Source: Phaeosaccion multiseriatum (lineage: Eukaryota > Protista > Ochrophyta, other classes). Taken from it: 64,000 bases of DNA. The position numbers and the translations under genes were made by a program. Shown here in pieces: positions 1-13,200 of this stretch. The stretch covers positions 248,001 through 312,000 of the forward strand of contig OZ218963.1 in assembly GCA_965112735.1 (NCBI GenBank), written 5' to 3'. The stretch's first letter is position 1, and each line of letters begins with the position of its first letter. The notes below the pieces were generated by a model. That model saw only the letters and a list, made by a program, of their open reading frames with translations. It had not been told where the DNA came from and did not search any database.

Positions 1-3000
1 TCTTGCTGCTCGTCTACCCTACCCTTCTGCTGCTGCGTGAAGAAGCCTTTGCGGTAGTACATGAGCAAGTAAGCATCTTCAGAGGGCTGTGGTTTGGCCC
101 CATTGCTCTCACTGCCACCACTCTGTGTGCCACTGCTCTTGCCACTGCTCTTGCCACTGCTCTTGCCACTGCTCTTGCCACTGCCCTTGCTGCTGCCCTT
201 GCTGTTGCATTTGCCGCTGCCGCTTGTTCTGTTTGACGCCTTGGTGGTGGAGTGACCACTTGAGCCCGTGATTACCCCCTCCACATCATCATCATCACCA
301 CCACCACCCCCACCATTCTCTTTGCCCCTCGCTGCCTTTCCTGCCGACCCTCCTTGTCCACCCCCTTTCACCATCTCAGTGTCCAACTGCTCGTCATCTT
401 CATCACTGCACTCTATACTCACTACTTCCTTCCCCTCCTCCTCCTCCTCCCCCTTGTTCCCAGCCTTCGCCGTACTCCTGCCTTCACCGGCCTTGTTCGC
501 TCCCTCTCCCACCTTACTCCTCGCGACCTCCGTGACCACCTCGTCGTCAAATAGGAACCACTTGCCGCTCACGGGGTCTCGAACCTCTGCCACGTAGTGC
601 CCTCCGTGTGCGCTCACCCCCTTATGATACAAGATGCACCCCAGATCATACTCATGCTCCTTCTCGCCATCTGCGACTCTATCCCTACCCATACGACTGC
701 CGATGTCGTCGTCGATGCCATTGGCTGCCATCGTCATCACCGCCGCCTGGGCCTGAGCCTTTCCCTTTCCCTTTCCCTTTCCCTTCCCCTTTGCGCCTTC
801 GTCCTCCTTCTCTCCCCCTACGACCTTGCGCCTCTTGTGGACGGCGCCGCTCCCCCCCCCCCCCTCTCTCTCTCTCTAGCCCCTCTTCCGTAGTACTGGA
901 CTTGCCCTTGCTGTTGTCCTTGCTGCTGCTACGTGTCTCAGTGTATCCAGAGAGGTCGAGTACATCTGGCACGTCAATTTTGGTGCGCAGTTTGGTCCTC
1001 TGAAGCGTCGCCATGTTGTACTGATAGCGCACAAGCTGTGTGTGCGCGTGTGTGTGCGTGTGCGTGCGTATGTGTGTGTGCGTGTGTGTGCGTTGTGTGT
1101 GTGCGTGTGTGTGCATGCGAAGACATAGGCAGGGGGAGGGCAAGAGAGCAGGACGAACGCATCAGAAATCGCTTCTACCCTCTACCAGTAGGGCAAGCAC
1201 CAGGGCAACGCCACAGTACACGTCCGGCTCATGGAGAGAAAAAAACAAATTAAGTCAGTGAGTCACCAAATAAGTCAGTGAATCACCCCCCTTACCCACC
1301 GCACCTGAATAGAGAGGGCTGGTGGGAGCCTCTGTAGTTTGATGGAGCGTGTGGCCGACGTCTTGGTGTCACAAACCTGCCGCATGGCGCGACACCGCAT
1401 GCGAGCACAGCAAGAGAAGGGAGCACAGGTGGGATGGGGAGGAGAGCGACGGCAGCATATGGCAGCGGCGGCAGAGCAAGGAAGGGTGAGGGAACAGGAA
1501 TACCGGGCGGGGGGAGGGTGCAAGCAAGCAAGAAGCAAGTAAGTAGCTTAGCTCTGTCTCACTCACCCAGCATAAGTGCTCTCTCCTTCTGACTCTCCCT
1601 CTCCGTCTCTCGCTCTCTCTCCGTCTCTCTCTCTCTCTCCCTCCTTCTCCCTCTCCCTCTCCCTCGCTCTCTTGTTCTCTCTCTGCTTCACTCACCGAGC
1701 AGAAGTATGCGTTGTCCCCGCAGAGTTGCTCCGGAGTCAGATATGCCTCCAGACACGCGCCCACGCTCTTCAGACCGTTCACCTGAGAGAGGGGGGTACA
1801 AGCATCGGCATCAGGTACAGAGAGAAACGGCCAGTCAGTGAGTGAGTGAGTGGGTGAGTGAGTGAGTGAGTGAGTGAGTGAGTGAGTGAGTCAGTGAGTG
1901 AGTGAGTGGGTGAGTGAGTGAGTGAGTGAATGAGTGAGTGGGTGAGTGAGTGCAACTTGGTGAGTGAGTGCGTGAGTGAGTGAGTGAGTGAGTGGGTGAG
2001 TGAGTGAGTGAGTGCGTGAGTGAGTGAGTGAGTGAGTGAGTGAGTGCGTGAGTGGGTGAGTGCGTGAGGGAGGAACTGAGGGACAGTGTGAGTGAGTGAG
2101 TGATATGATGGAGTGAGTGGGTGAGTAGGTGAGTGAGTGAGTGAGTGAGTGATTAGATGGAGTGCGTGAGTGAGTGATTGAATGTGAGTGAGTGAGTGAT
2201 TGAATGTGAGTGAGTGAGTGAGTGAGTGAGTAAGTGAGTGAGTGACTTGGCGAGAGGGAGGACCCGTCACATTAGGCCCCTTGTACGACACGCAACACAT
2301 GGCACCTTCGGCATCCACACATCCACAGCAGCCATCACAACTGGCTCATCACATCACATATCACCATCACCTGCAGCTCTAGCTCGTCGAAGAGGCTCTC
2401 CCTCCGCGACTCCCTTTTACAACCGGAACACCTCGTCACATAGTCCACTCGACCACGGAACAAGTTCGTCACCACCTGCCGTGGGAAAGGGCAGTGATGA
2501 TGGGTCAATGAGTGCTGCGTCAGCGACTGTTGATTCATATAAGAGTGTAACAAGGTTGGTGGTCTCGTAAGGGTAATCGTCGCCAAGAGTGTTACAAGGT
2601 TGGTGGTTCAAAAAGTGTAATCGTCGCCAAGAGTGTTAAAGGTTGGTGATCTAAAAGGGTAACCTTCGCCACCTACCTGCCGGATAGATGCGTCTTCGTC
2701 CTGCTTCAGGCCGTTCTCGAGAACCGCCATGAGGAGCTGAGGGAAGGAGGGGAGGGGGGGAGAGAGGCAAGAAGGGAGGGAAGGAGGGAAGGCGGGGAAA
2801 AGGGGCGGGGGGAGAGAGGGAGGGAAGGAAGGAAGGAGGGGAAGGGGGGAGGAGAAGAAGGCAGGGAGGCAGGGAAGGAGATTCATGTCAGGAGGGAGGC
2901 AGCGAGGATGGGCGCTGATGGGAGGGAGGGAGAGAGGAGGGGGACTGAGTGACAGGGAGGCAACGAGGAGGGAGGCGGAAGGAAGTGGAAGACAAAACGC

Positions 3001-4984
3001 AACGGCAAGATGCTAAAGGCGATTCTGAAACAGCCGTTCTTTTCGACTCTCCTGATCGTCCCCACACTAACCCCCACCACACCCCCCTCCCCCTCTGTAC
3101 CTACCTTGTTGAACTCCATTGGGTCCTGCTGCTCTCCCTTGTTGAGCTGCAGTAAGTTGATGAAATGCACAGGGTTGTAGGAGGCAGTGCAGCCCTCCTG
3201 GCGGGGCCAAGCATATGGGCAGGCAGAGAGAGGCAGAGAGGGGCAGAGAGGGGCAGAGAGGCAGGCAAGACGGCTGTGAAGGCGGGCAGGATAGAGAAAG
3301 GCTTGGACAGGGCGAGGAGGGCGAGGAGGACCCCTCCCCCGAGCAGAGTGACCTCGGCCTTACCCTTACTCCCCATCCACTGCCATCAGCGTATCAGCAT
3401 ATGGAACCCCCACTACCATCCACTGCCATCCACTGCCATCCACTGCCGTCCACTGCCGTCCACTGCCGTCCACTGCCGTCCACTGCCATGGGCTCCTTCT
3501 GCCTACCTACCTGCAAGTGCCCAAAGATTGTCTGTAACGCCTCCACGATCTCCACGGCTCCCCCCCCCCCCCCGCCCCCACCTCCTCCTGCTCCTGCTCC
3601 TCCCTCTGCTGCTGTACCACCAACAGCTTGGCCTTCGGCGGCGGCTCCTGCCCCTCCCCCTCCCTCGTCCTCCACTTCCATTGGAATCGGTCCCGCAGCA
3701 GCAGCATCAGCAGCGGGAGAGAGCGAGCCATTGCAAAGAGCTGAAGGGGCAGCAGTCGCCGCAGCGCCTTCAATATCGACAACAGGGTCTGCGGCCCTGC
3801 TCCTGCTGCCACTGCCGTTGGTGGTACTTCCGCCCGCGCTGCTGCCATCTGTAATGGTCCTGCTACCATTGCCCTTGTGATTGGGGCGGAAGCGGAAGAT
3901 GCTGTTGCGGAAGGGCAGGTTGGAGAAGAGGCACTGCAGCTGAGAGTTGAGGTAGCACGTGGCGCCGAGGTTGCGGAGGCCTACGGGCAGGAGGGAGGCC
4001 TCCGCGAGTGACGCTGACGCTGCCTCTGACTCGCCCCCGCCTGGGTGCTTGTGCTGTTGCTTGTGCTTGGGCTGCTGCTCAGCCTTCCCCTTGTGACCAT
4101 GACCCACCACAACCTCCTTCTCGTCAGCAGCCGCCTGCTGCTCCTGCTGCTGCTCCTGCTGCTGAAGTAGCTGCCTCGCCACAGCCAGGTGTTTCCAGCC
4201 CCTCCGTAGCTTCGAGCGTGGCTCGTGCCCCAAGGACCGCAGGGCCTTTGGGTTGGGGTTCCAAATGCCCTATTTGTTTTTTATTTGAACACGGAAAAGG
4301 GAGGGGGGAAGGGGTGGAGGAGGGTGGTGGGGATAAAAGTCAGAGGTTGGAGGTCAAACCCCGCGCCCTGCTCCTGGATTGGCACGCTCACACCTGACAC
4401 CCTAACGCGTGTCACCTGCCCGAACGTTCTCTTTCTCTTCCCTCTCACTCCCCTCCTTCGCTTCCCTCCCCCTTTTTCTTCTCCCTTCTGCATTGGTACG
4501 CACGCACCTCTCGGCCTTCACCGAGCCCGTACAGACACCTCGGGTTGAACGTACAGTTCTTCCGATACCTCTGAGCACCCGGCCCAGCGGCGTGCTCCTG
4601 GAGAGTGCACTGATGCTTCAGGGGGCCCCGCCCCCCCTGTGGTGCCTCCTCCCTTCCCCTTCCCCTTCCCCCATCTGCTGGTGGCCCGACTCCAACAGCC
4701 AGCCTAGAAGCCTCCAGGATCTCCCTCCCTCCCTCGAAGTCGTCGATGTCGTCATCGCCTCCCTCTGAAGAGCCGGTGTTGGCCGTCCTCTTCCCCTCTC
4801 GCTGCTTGCGAGGAGTACTACCCTTGGAAGACGAAGCCTCGGCATCAGCAGCAGGGGGTGGCGGTCCCTGCCGAAAGCCGTACGGGTCCAGCTGCACACC
4901 TGCGAGGCGGTTCCCCAGCTCCACAGCATGGGAGACGGGAGCAGTCCGGCCACTGCCTGTCCTCGTCTTCCTTCCCGTCGACAT
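1..4984 (-). CDS. USP48: Ubiquitin carboxyl-terminal hydrolase, USP48/UBP26-like (peptidase C19); multi-exon, 3' end beyond the left edge
   Basis: N-terminal RKNCTFNPRCLYGLGE (USP48-type). Cys box GLRNLGATCYLNSQLQ (~3935-3980), QQDPMEF (~3110-3135), TRCSGC and GDNAYFC exons. His box YDLGCILYHKGVSAHGGHYVAEV...WFLFDDE (~540-650). GT-AG introns. One apparent +1 frameshift at the C13 run 852-864. Confidence 0.88.
125..200. repeat. 12-bp tandem repeat (GCCACTGCTCTT) inside a USP48 exon, encoding ARAV repeats
   Basis: Directly visible; about 5-6 units. Confidence 0.8.
1836..2245. repeat. (GTGA)n microsatellite in a USP48 intron
   Basis: Directly visible. Confidence 0.95.
2543..2670. repeat. ~44-bp imperfect tandem repeat x3 in a USP48 intron
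   Basis: Units of aagagtgt(t)acaaggttggtg...gtaatcgtcgcc. Confidence 0.8.
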
Positions 4985-5774
4985 GGGCCGCTACGGGGGA
5001 GAGGGGAAAGGGGAAAGGGGGAGGAGGAGCACGGGGGGGGAGGATGGATAGGCGGGGAAACAATTAAAATAAATCACTCTCCTTCGCTTGTATTGTGCAC
5101 CCTTCACCTCCCCGGCTCTTACCACGTCTACACCAGCACGTTCTCCTCCTTCCTTTTGCAGTCAACGCCTCAAAGGGGGGGGAAAGAGGAAAGAGGGAAA
5201 AAAATAGAGGGATCGCATCAGCCACCATCTGTGAAATCGATATGTCGAGATGGAATATCGCATTTCCCGAGGGGCACGGCATGGGGAGAGGGCGATTAAT
5301 TACATCAGCGCGCGAGGTGAGGGAGTGCATGCGTGCAATGCTTTGTTCTGTGGTCTCCGTGCTACTTTGTTCTGTGTACTTCGCTGCCCCGCACGCTGCT
5401 TTTTGCCCCAATGTTTTGGTAATGGGGGGAAAGGGCACAGGAAAAGAGGGGGAGTGAAACGAGGGAAGAATAGAGCGAGCGCCTTTTCTCTGAAGCTCTG
5501 CTGGTGCTCCCTCTTGTCTGATGCTCTTGCTGATGGAATGGACCCCCCTGCGACGGTGTTCGCTCGGTGCTGCTTTGACGATTTAAGGCCCTTCATGAAC
5601 GTACATACCCGCCTTACCCTCGGCTCACCCAGGTGAAGCTTAATCGCTCAATGCACGCTAATCCCTGCTGCATGTGCCTCTGTACTCCTCTCCCTCCCCA
5701 ACCTCTATCCTTATTAAACTCAGGTACCTACCTACCTACCCAGCTTCCATTGTTCAGAGAGCAGTCAGTGAGTC

Positions 5775-6329
5775 ATGGTGCTTGGTAGTATGCCCAAGGT
5801 CGGGCAGGTGTTTGTGAAGGAGGTGGTGACCGGTTGCGCTCTGGGCCTGGCAATCGGCATGATGTGGAGGGTTGGAGTGGAGTGGCCAGAGACGGCGCGA
5901 ATCAACAAGTTTTACGCGGACCTAGAGGCCGAGAAGGTGCGTTCGTTCGTTCGTTCGTTCGATTGAAGGGGGGCAATCGAACGCAACACGCACACTTGCT
6001 CGTGTGAACTCTGGGGGGAGCATGAGGCAGTAGAACGGAGCTCACAGTCGATAGGTTTGCTTCGGGGCTTGGACTTGCAATTACGCAAGCGGCCCGCCCG
6101 AGCAAGCGAAGAAACTCCAGTGCTACTCACCCTCACTTGTCCCCCTTCTCACTGCCCAGGCTGGCCTCTCTCTCTCTCTTGCTCCTCTCTCTGTGCAAAT
6201 CCTCTGGTGCTGCCTCAACACCTCAACACCTCAACACCTCATCACCGCACTTGCCGTTCTCTCTGCTTGGGATTTCCCTGCCTCTGCCCCCCTTTCCCCT
6301 GTTCGCAGGCGGCGAAAGAAGCCAAGTAG
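5775..6329 (+). CDS. COX5C: Small single-TM protein resembling cytochrome c oxidase subunit 5C/6C; exons 5775-5936 and 6309-6329 (60 aa)
   Basis: MVLGSMPKVGQVFVKEVVTGCALGLAIGMMWRVGVEWPETARINKFYADLEAEK|AAKEAK*. Matches the plant COX5C pattern V.KE...G..LGLA.G..W.....FY. Clean phase-0 GT..CAG intron. Confidence 0.7.
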
Positions 6330-7303
6330 ATACTGATGCTGGGGGCGACGAATCGAAATGGTCAGAGTGCGTGACAATTCTGGGCCTTGTCTCTCTTCTT
6401 CTTCTCCCCGAAGGCTCTGCTGCAATTGCAATTGTTTCGGCGGCGGAGGTCTGTCAAGTTAGGGTTGTTGGGCTTGGGCGGACGCCCCTCTCGCCCCGCG
6501 CAGCTTGGCTTCCCGGCTTAAGCGGCGTGGGAGAGGGAGAGGGAAAGGATGACTATTGACGAATTTGGAGGCAGACCAGGCTGAGAGAGAGAGAGATGAA
6601 AGGGCGCGGACGGTTTCCGAAGCCCCCCACCCCTCTTCCATCTTCCATCTTGGCCTCTCTCCAGAGGATATTTGGATTAGGATTGATGCGGCGTGAGCGC
6701 ATAGGGACGAAATGGGGCGGGGGGGGGGGGGGGGATGTAAAGAGTAAAGAAGGGAAAAGGGCGACAGCGACAGCAGCAGCAGTTGGTGATACAGCAGCAC
6801 GAGGCTACGGGCAGGAGGGAGGGCGGGGGTCAGAGAAATTAAGACCGCCTTCTGTGAGGAGGAATAGGACATACACCATCGAACAAACAACGTGTTTATT
6901 TCTCCTTGTGTTCGCTTCCTTCAGAACAGCAGCACTTCCTCTCCTCTTTTTGTTGTTTTGTTCCAGCTTTGATTCATTTTGTTTGAAGCTGGTGGCGCGA
7001 TGAAAGAATGCGCCAAAGCTCTATGGACCGAGGGAATGCGCTTGCCTTGCCGACCGATCTGAAACGAACAGTCTGAAACGAACAGTCATGTAAAGGCAAA
7101 GCCAACCACCTGTCCTCCTCCCCGCCTGCTCCTGTCATGTCTGTCTCGTCATTTTATCAAATCATCAAATGGCGACAGCTCAGGCATCCTTTTCCCTCCC
7201 TCCCCCATCCTTTCTTTTCTTTTCTTTAGTTGCTTCCTAGCTGTAAGTAAATAAAATGCTCTCCCCCCTCCCCTTCCTCCTCCTCCTCCTCCTACTACTA
7301 CTA

Positions 7304-7627
7304 CTACTCTCCTGCTCCTCCTGCCCCGCTCCCTCCTGCTCCCTCTCCCTCCCCTCCCGGCTCCCCTCCCCCCTCCCCTCCCTCCCCCTCCTTTCCTCGC
7401 AGTGCCATGACTACTCCTAACAGCCGCTTGAACATGGTGTCAAGGAGGCCGTTTCGGTAAAAGTCGTAATCGAGTTTGCGCATCTGCCCCAATACCTGTA
7501 GCGCCACTCGCCACTCGCCAGCCTGTGAGGGTAGGGGAGGGGGAGGGGCATGCGATGAGTTGGTGAAAACTTGGAGGTGGTCTTTGATATGCGCACACAC
7601 ACACACATGCTCACATACACAAGCAGA

Positions 7628-7689
<62 letters not shown>

Positions 7690-7767
7690 CCCACACACGC
7701 GCGTACACACACACGCACACACACACACACTCACACACACTCACACACACACACACACACACACTCA

Positions 7768-7817
<50 letters not shown>

Positions 7818-7839
7818 CCCACACACACACAAGCAGATA

Positions 7840-7870
<31 letters not shown>

Positions 7871-7989
7871 GCACAAACACACACACACACACACACACAC
7901 TCACTCACACACACACACACATGCCCACACACGCGCGTACACACACACGCACACACACACACACTCACACACACACACACACACACTCA

Positions 7990-8042
<53 letters not shown>

Positions 8043-10198
8043 CACTCACCCTCTCGCAGGCCCTGACGACGGTGGTGAAAAGGGTGACGTCAGGCCTGCG
8101 CCCCCTCTGCAGCATCTCCTGCAGCACTCCGAGGGCCTTTCTCCATTGGAGAGAGCGGCAGAAGGCATTGATCAGGGTGGCGTAGGACGACGCGCGGGGC
8201 CTGCGGACGGTTTCAGATGGCAGTGGACGGGTGGCGGTGGTGGGGAGGGGGGGGGGGGGGCGTACAGGGGGAGGAGGAAGGGGGAGGAGTCAGTTGTGTG
8301 AGTGAGTGAGTGAGTGAGTGAGTGAGTCAGTGAGTGAGTGAGTGAGTGAGTGAGTGAGTGAGTCAGTGAGTGAGTGAGTGAGTGAGTAGAGGCAGCCCCC
8401 CCTCATCCCCTCCCGTACCTCGATATCTCCTGCAGCAGCTCCATGCCCTCCTCCGGCCTGTCTGCCTCGCAGTAGGCATCCACCACAAGATGTAGCAAGC
8501 CCGCACTGACGCGCAGCCCCCTCCCGCGCATACGCTTCAGCAAGGCCCCGACCTGGTCGGCCTCCCCTGCTGTACGACACGCGTATATCACCGTCCCGTA
8601 GGCCACTTCGTTCGGTACCACTGGCGCGGTGCTTCGGCCGGGGGGGGTAGATGAAGCTCTGCTGCCATCTGCTGGACTGGACCCTCCTCTGCTGCTTGGG
8701 TCGCCCCTGCTGCTATCCCTACCGCCGTTGCTGTTGCTGAGGAGTACACCCCCCTCCCCCTCTTCTCCTTCATCTCCTTCCTCCTCTTGGTTGCTACCAC
8801 TGCTACTACCGTCACCACCTTCACCACCACCCATCCTGCCGCTACTGCGAGGCTTACTGCGAGAGCTGCCACCAGAGCTGCTGCCAGTGCTGCTCCTGGT
8901 GTGCCTGTTGGTGTACGTGTTGGTGATCCGCCCGAGCCTGTCCGCCTCCTTCTCCCACGCGTCAAGCACGCTCAGCGCCAGCGCCCACTGCCCGCATCTC
9001 TCACAAGCCCGGAGGATGGCAGTGTACGTGTACATATCCTTACTCAGCCCGGCCTCCTCCTCCATCTCCTTGACCAGTGAGAGCGCCACCTGCAGGGCCC
9101 TCCCCTCGGCGCACGCCCGGATAATGGCGTTGTAAGCATCTCTGTTGGGCTGGCAGCCCTCCGCCTTCATGGTACGGAAGAGAGAGAGGGCGCGTTCCCA
9201 CTGCTTGGCGTCGGCACACGCACTCATAGCGGTGGTGTACGTCACTACGGTGGGGGAAACGCCTTCGTCTCTGTGGAGGAGGGAGGGCGATGGCAGTGGA
9301 TGGGAGGAGGGTGGGGGGGGGGGGATAGGTGAGGTGGATGGCAGTGGATGGGAGGGTGGTAGCCGGGTTCAAGGACCCCGTGCCACCCGCCCACCTTCTA
9401 CCCCGACGCCCACCCACCCTCTCTCCGGACACCCACCCACCCACCCACTGCCATCCACCCACCCACCTCATGTCCTGACACCCACCCACCCACCCCCTGT
9501 CCTGACACACGCCCATCCACTGCCATCCACCCACCCACCTCATGTCGTCAAGATACCACACGGCCCTGCTCCAGTCCCCCGCACTCCTGCACGCGTTGAT
9601 GACGGCGTTGTAGTTGCGCTCGTCGGGGCGTAGGCGTGTGCCCTTCTCACTCTGCATCTCTCTCAAGAGGTGTTCGGCAGCGGCGGAGGCCTCTGGACAA
9701 GCGCCCCTGGCACATGCGTCCATTACGGCACCGTAGAGTACCTTCCACCGATATAATATATAATATATAATATACATATATATATATATATATATAAATA
9801 TATATTATATATATATACAAGCAACAAGCAACCAGGGAAGGAAGAAGAGAGGGAGGGAGGGCGTCAACACAAGGAACCAAACCAAAGATGAACCCCCAAA
9901 ATCAAACCAAAAGCGGCACAAATGCATAGTCTGGGTATGTAGCACCGCGATCTTCAGATTAGCAGCTACGGGGTAAAGAGCCGCCACTGTACACAAACTG
10001 AATGCTTTCTTCCCTCTGCCACGCAAACACAAGGTGCTGTCAGACGCTAACCATATTTCTACGGCCGCCCGACAGGCAAGCAAGGCAAGAGCCGTCTAGA
10101 GTTTCAGTTTCAGCTCTTGCGGCTTCCTTTCGTGGGTCAACGCCAGCCCCACTCTCTCAACACTTCACCAGTGGTGGTGGGGCGGGGGGGAGGGGAAT

Positions 10199-10242
<44 letters not shown>

Positions 10243-13200
10243 CATCCACCTCAATCCTCCCTCCCACCTCCCATCCACTGCCATCCATCCACCTTGTCTC
10301 TGGTGACGCCCTCCTCCTTCAGCCTCTCCAGCAAGGCCAGTCCGTCCTCCCACGTGCCCAGCCCAGCGCAGGCGTGTACGGCACTCGTGTAGCAGCGAAG
10401 ATCAAGAGCCACACCTGCCGTCCGGGCCCTCTCCATCACCTGAGAGGGAGAGGGGACGTGGAGGGGAGGGCAGAGGCGTACGGGTATGCAGGCAGGTGTA
10501 TGGGCAGGCAGGTGTATGGGCAGGCAGGTGTATGGGCAGGCAGGCAGGTGTATGGGCCGCCAAGTAGGCAGGTATATTGACACAGGCGGGCACGCATAGG
10601 ATCAGAGAGAGGGGGAGGTGGGGGGCTGCGGAGGTGAGTGAGAGAGAAGTGCGGACAGACAACACGACCAGACCACCAGGGGGAGAGAGAAGTGCGGACA
10701 GACAACACGACCACAGCGTGAGAGAGAAGTGCGGACAGACAACACGACCAGACCACCAGGGGGAGACCACCAGGGGGAGACCACCAGGGGGAGACCACCA
10801 GGGGGAGACCACCAGGGGGAGACCACCAGGGGGAGAGCATACATGCACAGCCCCCCATGAGAACGCCAGCAAGCAAGCCAGTTGGTGATACAGCCAGAAC
10901 GCCAGCAAGCAAGCCAGTTGGTGATATAGCAGGCACTTCCACACGCACCTCCAGCACGCCTTGCCATCGCTCCGCCCTCTCTAACGCCATCATCACGGAG
11001 CTGAAGGTCACTGTGTCGGGCCTGGCCAGCGCCCCACCCGTCTCCTCCATCTCCGCAAGGAGCGACAGAGCTACCTCGGCCTTAGGATGGCAGTGGATGG
11101 CAGTGGATGGCAGTGGATGGCAGTGCATGGGGAGGGAGGGAGGGTAGGGGAGGGGGGTCCAGGGAAGGGGCCTAAGGACAAGAGAGCATACGTAGACGGA
11201 ACATGCATATTCACGCTCACCAAAAGAACCCTGGGCACACACGCACACACGCACACACGCACACACGCACACACACACACACACACGCACACACACACAC
11301 ACGCACCTTGTGTCCCTTGCCGCACGCGCTGATGACGGCGTTGTACAGGATGGTGTTGGGAGCCAAGCCGTCCCTCCTCATGTCGCCGAACAAGGAGAGG
11401 GCCTCCCTCCACCGCCCGCTCTGCTCAAACGCACTCGCCACAGACGCGTACACGACGATACTCGGTCGGATGCCTCTCTAGGAGGGGAGGGGGAAGGATG
11501 GATGGCAGTGGATGGGGTGGGGTTTGGGTGTGAAATCTCTCTCTATCTCTGTCTATCTGTCTCTGCCCACCCACTCCCTCCCTCATTCACTCCCTCCCTC
11601 CCTCCCTCACTCACTCACTCCCTCACTCACTCACTCCCTCACTCACTCCCTCCCTCCCTCCCTCATTCACTCCCTCCCTCACTCACTCCCTCCCTCATTC
11701 CCTGACTCCCTCCCTCCCTCCCTCCCTCCCTCCCTCCCTCCCTCACCGCTCGCATGTCGTTGAGAAGCACCACGGCGTGCTGCGCGTTGCCCACACGTGC
11801 ACACGCAGAGATGGCGGCCCCAAAGGAGTACACATTGGGGGTCATACCCATTTCGCCTCCCTTCGCGCAGAGCTCCTGGGGAGGGGTAGGGCAGGCCGGT
11901 GGGAAGGACAGAGGAGGGGATGGGGGGGGGGGGTGCATACAGAGAGAGAGGGAGAGGAGGGAGCAGGACAGAGGGGGGGGGTGTGCATACAGAGAGAGAG
12001 GGAGAGGAGGGAGCAGGACAGAGGGAGGGTGTGTGCATACAGAGAGAGAGAGGGAGAGGAGGGAGCAGGACAGAGGGGGGGGGTGTGCATACAGAGAGAG
12101 AGAGGGAGAGGAGGGAGCAGGACAGAGGGGGGGTGTGTGCATACAGAGAGAGAGAGGGAGACGAGGAGGGAGCAGGACAGAGGGGGTGTGTGTGCATACA
12201 GAGAGAGAGAAAGAGACGAGGAGGGAGCAGGACAGAGGGGGGGGGGGGTGCATACAGAGAGAGAGAGGGAGAGGAGGGAGCAGGACAGAGGGGGGGTGTG
12301 TGCATACAGAGAGAGAGAAAGAGACGAGGAGGGAGCAGGATGGGAGCGATGGACGAGGGAAGCGGGTGTGTGCAGAGGGAGAGAGGGCAGGAAGCGGCGG
12401 AGGGGGGCAGGAGAGCGGTTGAGGCAGAGGGACCACAGAGAACAAAATAAAAAAGCGCTCTGATCGTGGCTGAAGCTTCAAGCGCTTGAAATATGCAAGA
12501 AGGATCATATACGTGCTACTACGTAGTACTACGTATCACGATCGTGAATGAAGGGAAGGAAGGAAACAAGGGCTCAAACAAGGGAATTCTTCCTCCGCTC
12601 TCTCCCTCTCTCCCTCCCTCCCACCCTCCTTCGCTCCTACCTCCTTCCTCCGCTCCCTCTCTCCCTCCTCCCTTCGCTGCTTCGCTCCCTTCCCCCTTCC
12701 TTCCTTCCTTCCTTCCTTCCTTCCTTCCTTCCTTCCTTCCTTCCCTCCCATACGCCTCTCTCTCTCTACCCACCCACCCACCCCCTCACCCACCTGAAAC
12801 AGCTCCAGTGCCGCCTTTTCTTGATAGGCCATCGCACAGCCGATGATGGCGTTGTTGAAGCTCACAACATTGGGAGGGATGCCATGACGAGCCTCCATGG
12901 ATCGGAGTAAGCGGATTGCCTCCCTCCACTTGCGCTGTCGGCCCAGGCCCTGGATCTGTCTGTTCAGCGTCACGATGGTGTCGTGTCGTGTCGTGGCTCC
13001 GGCGGCGGCCCCGCTCTGCCACTGCTGTTGGTGCTTGTACTGTTTCGCCCCTCTTCCACCCCCTCCTCGCCCCCCTCGCCCCCCTCCAGCCGGGCTCCTC
13101 CCCCCTCTCCCTCCTCGACCGGAACCGCTCCCCCTCGCCCCGTGCCTCCCTCCGCCGACCGGCGCGGCGCCTCTGTCGGTGAATCGAGTGATTGCGGCCG

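Noticed and set aside
7417-8301. His-Thr / Val-Cys repeat ORFs (and similar THSL, EGGR, PSLP, QTDR ORFs elsewhere)
   Set aside because: Translations of intronic microsatellites.
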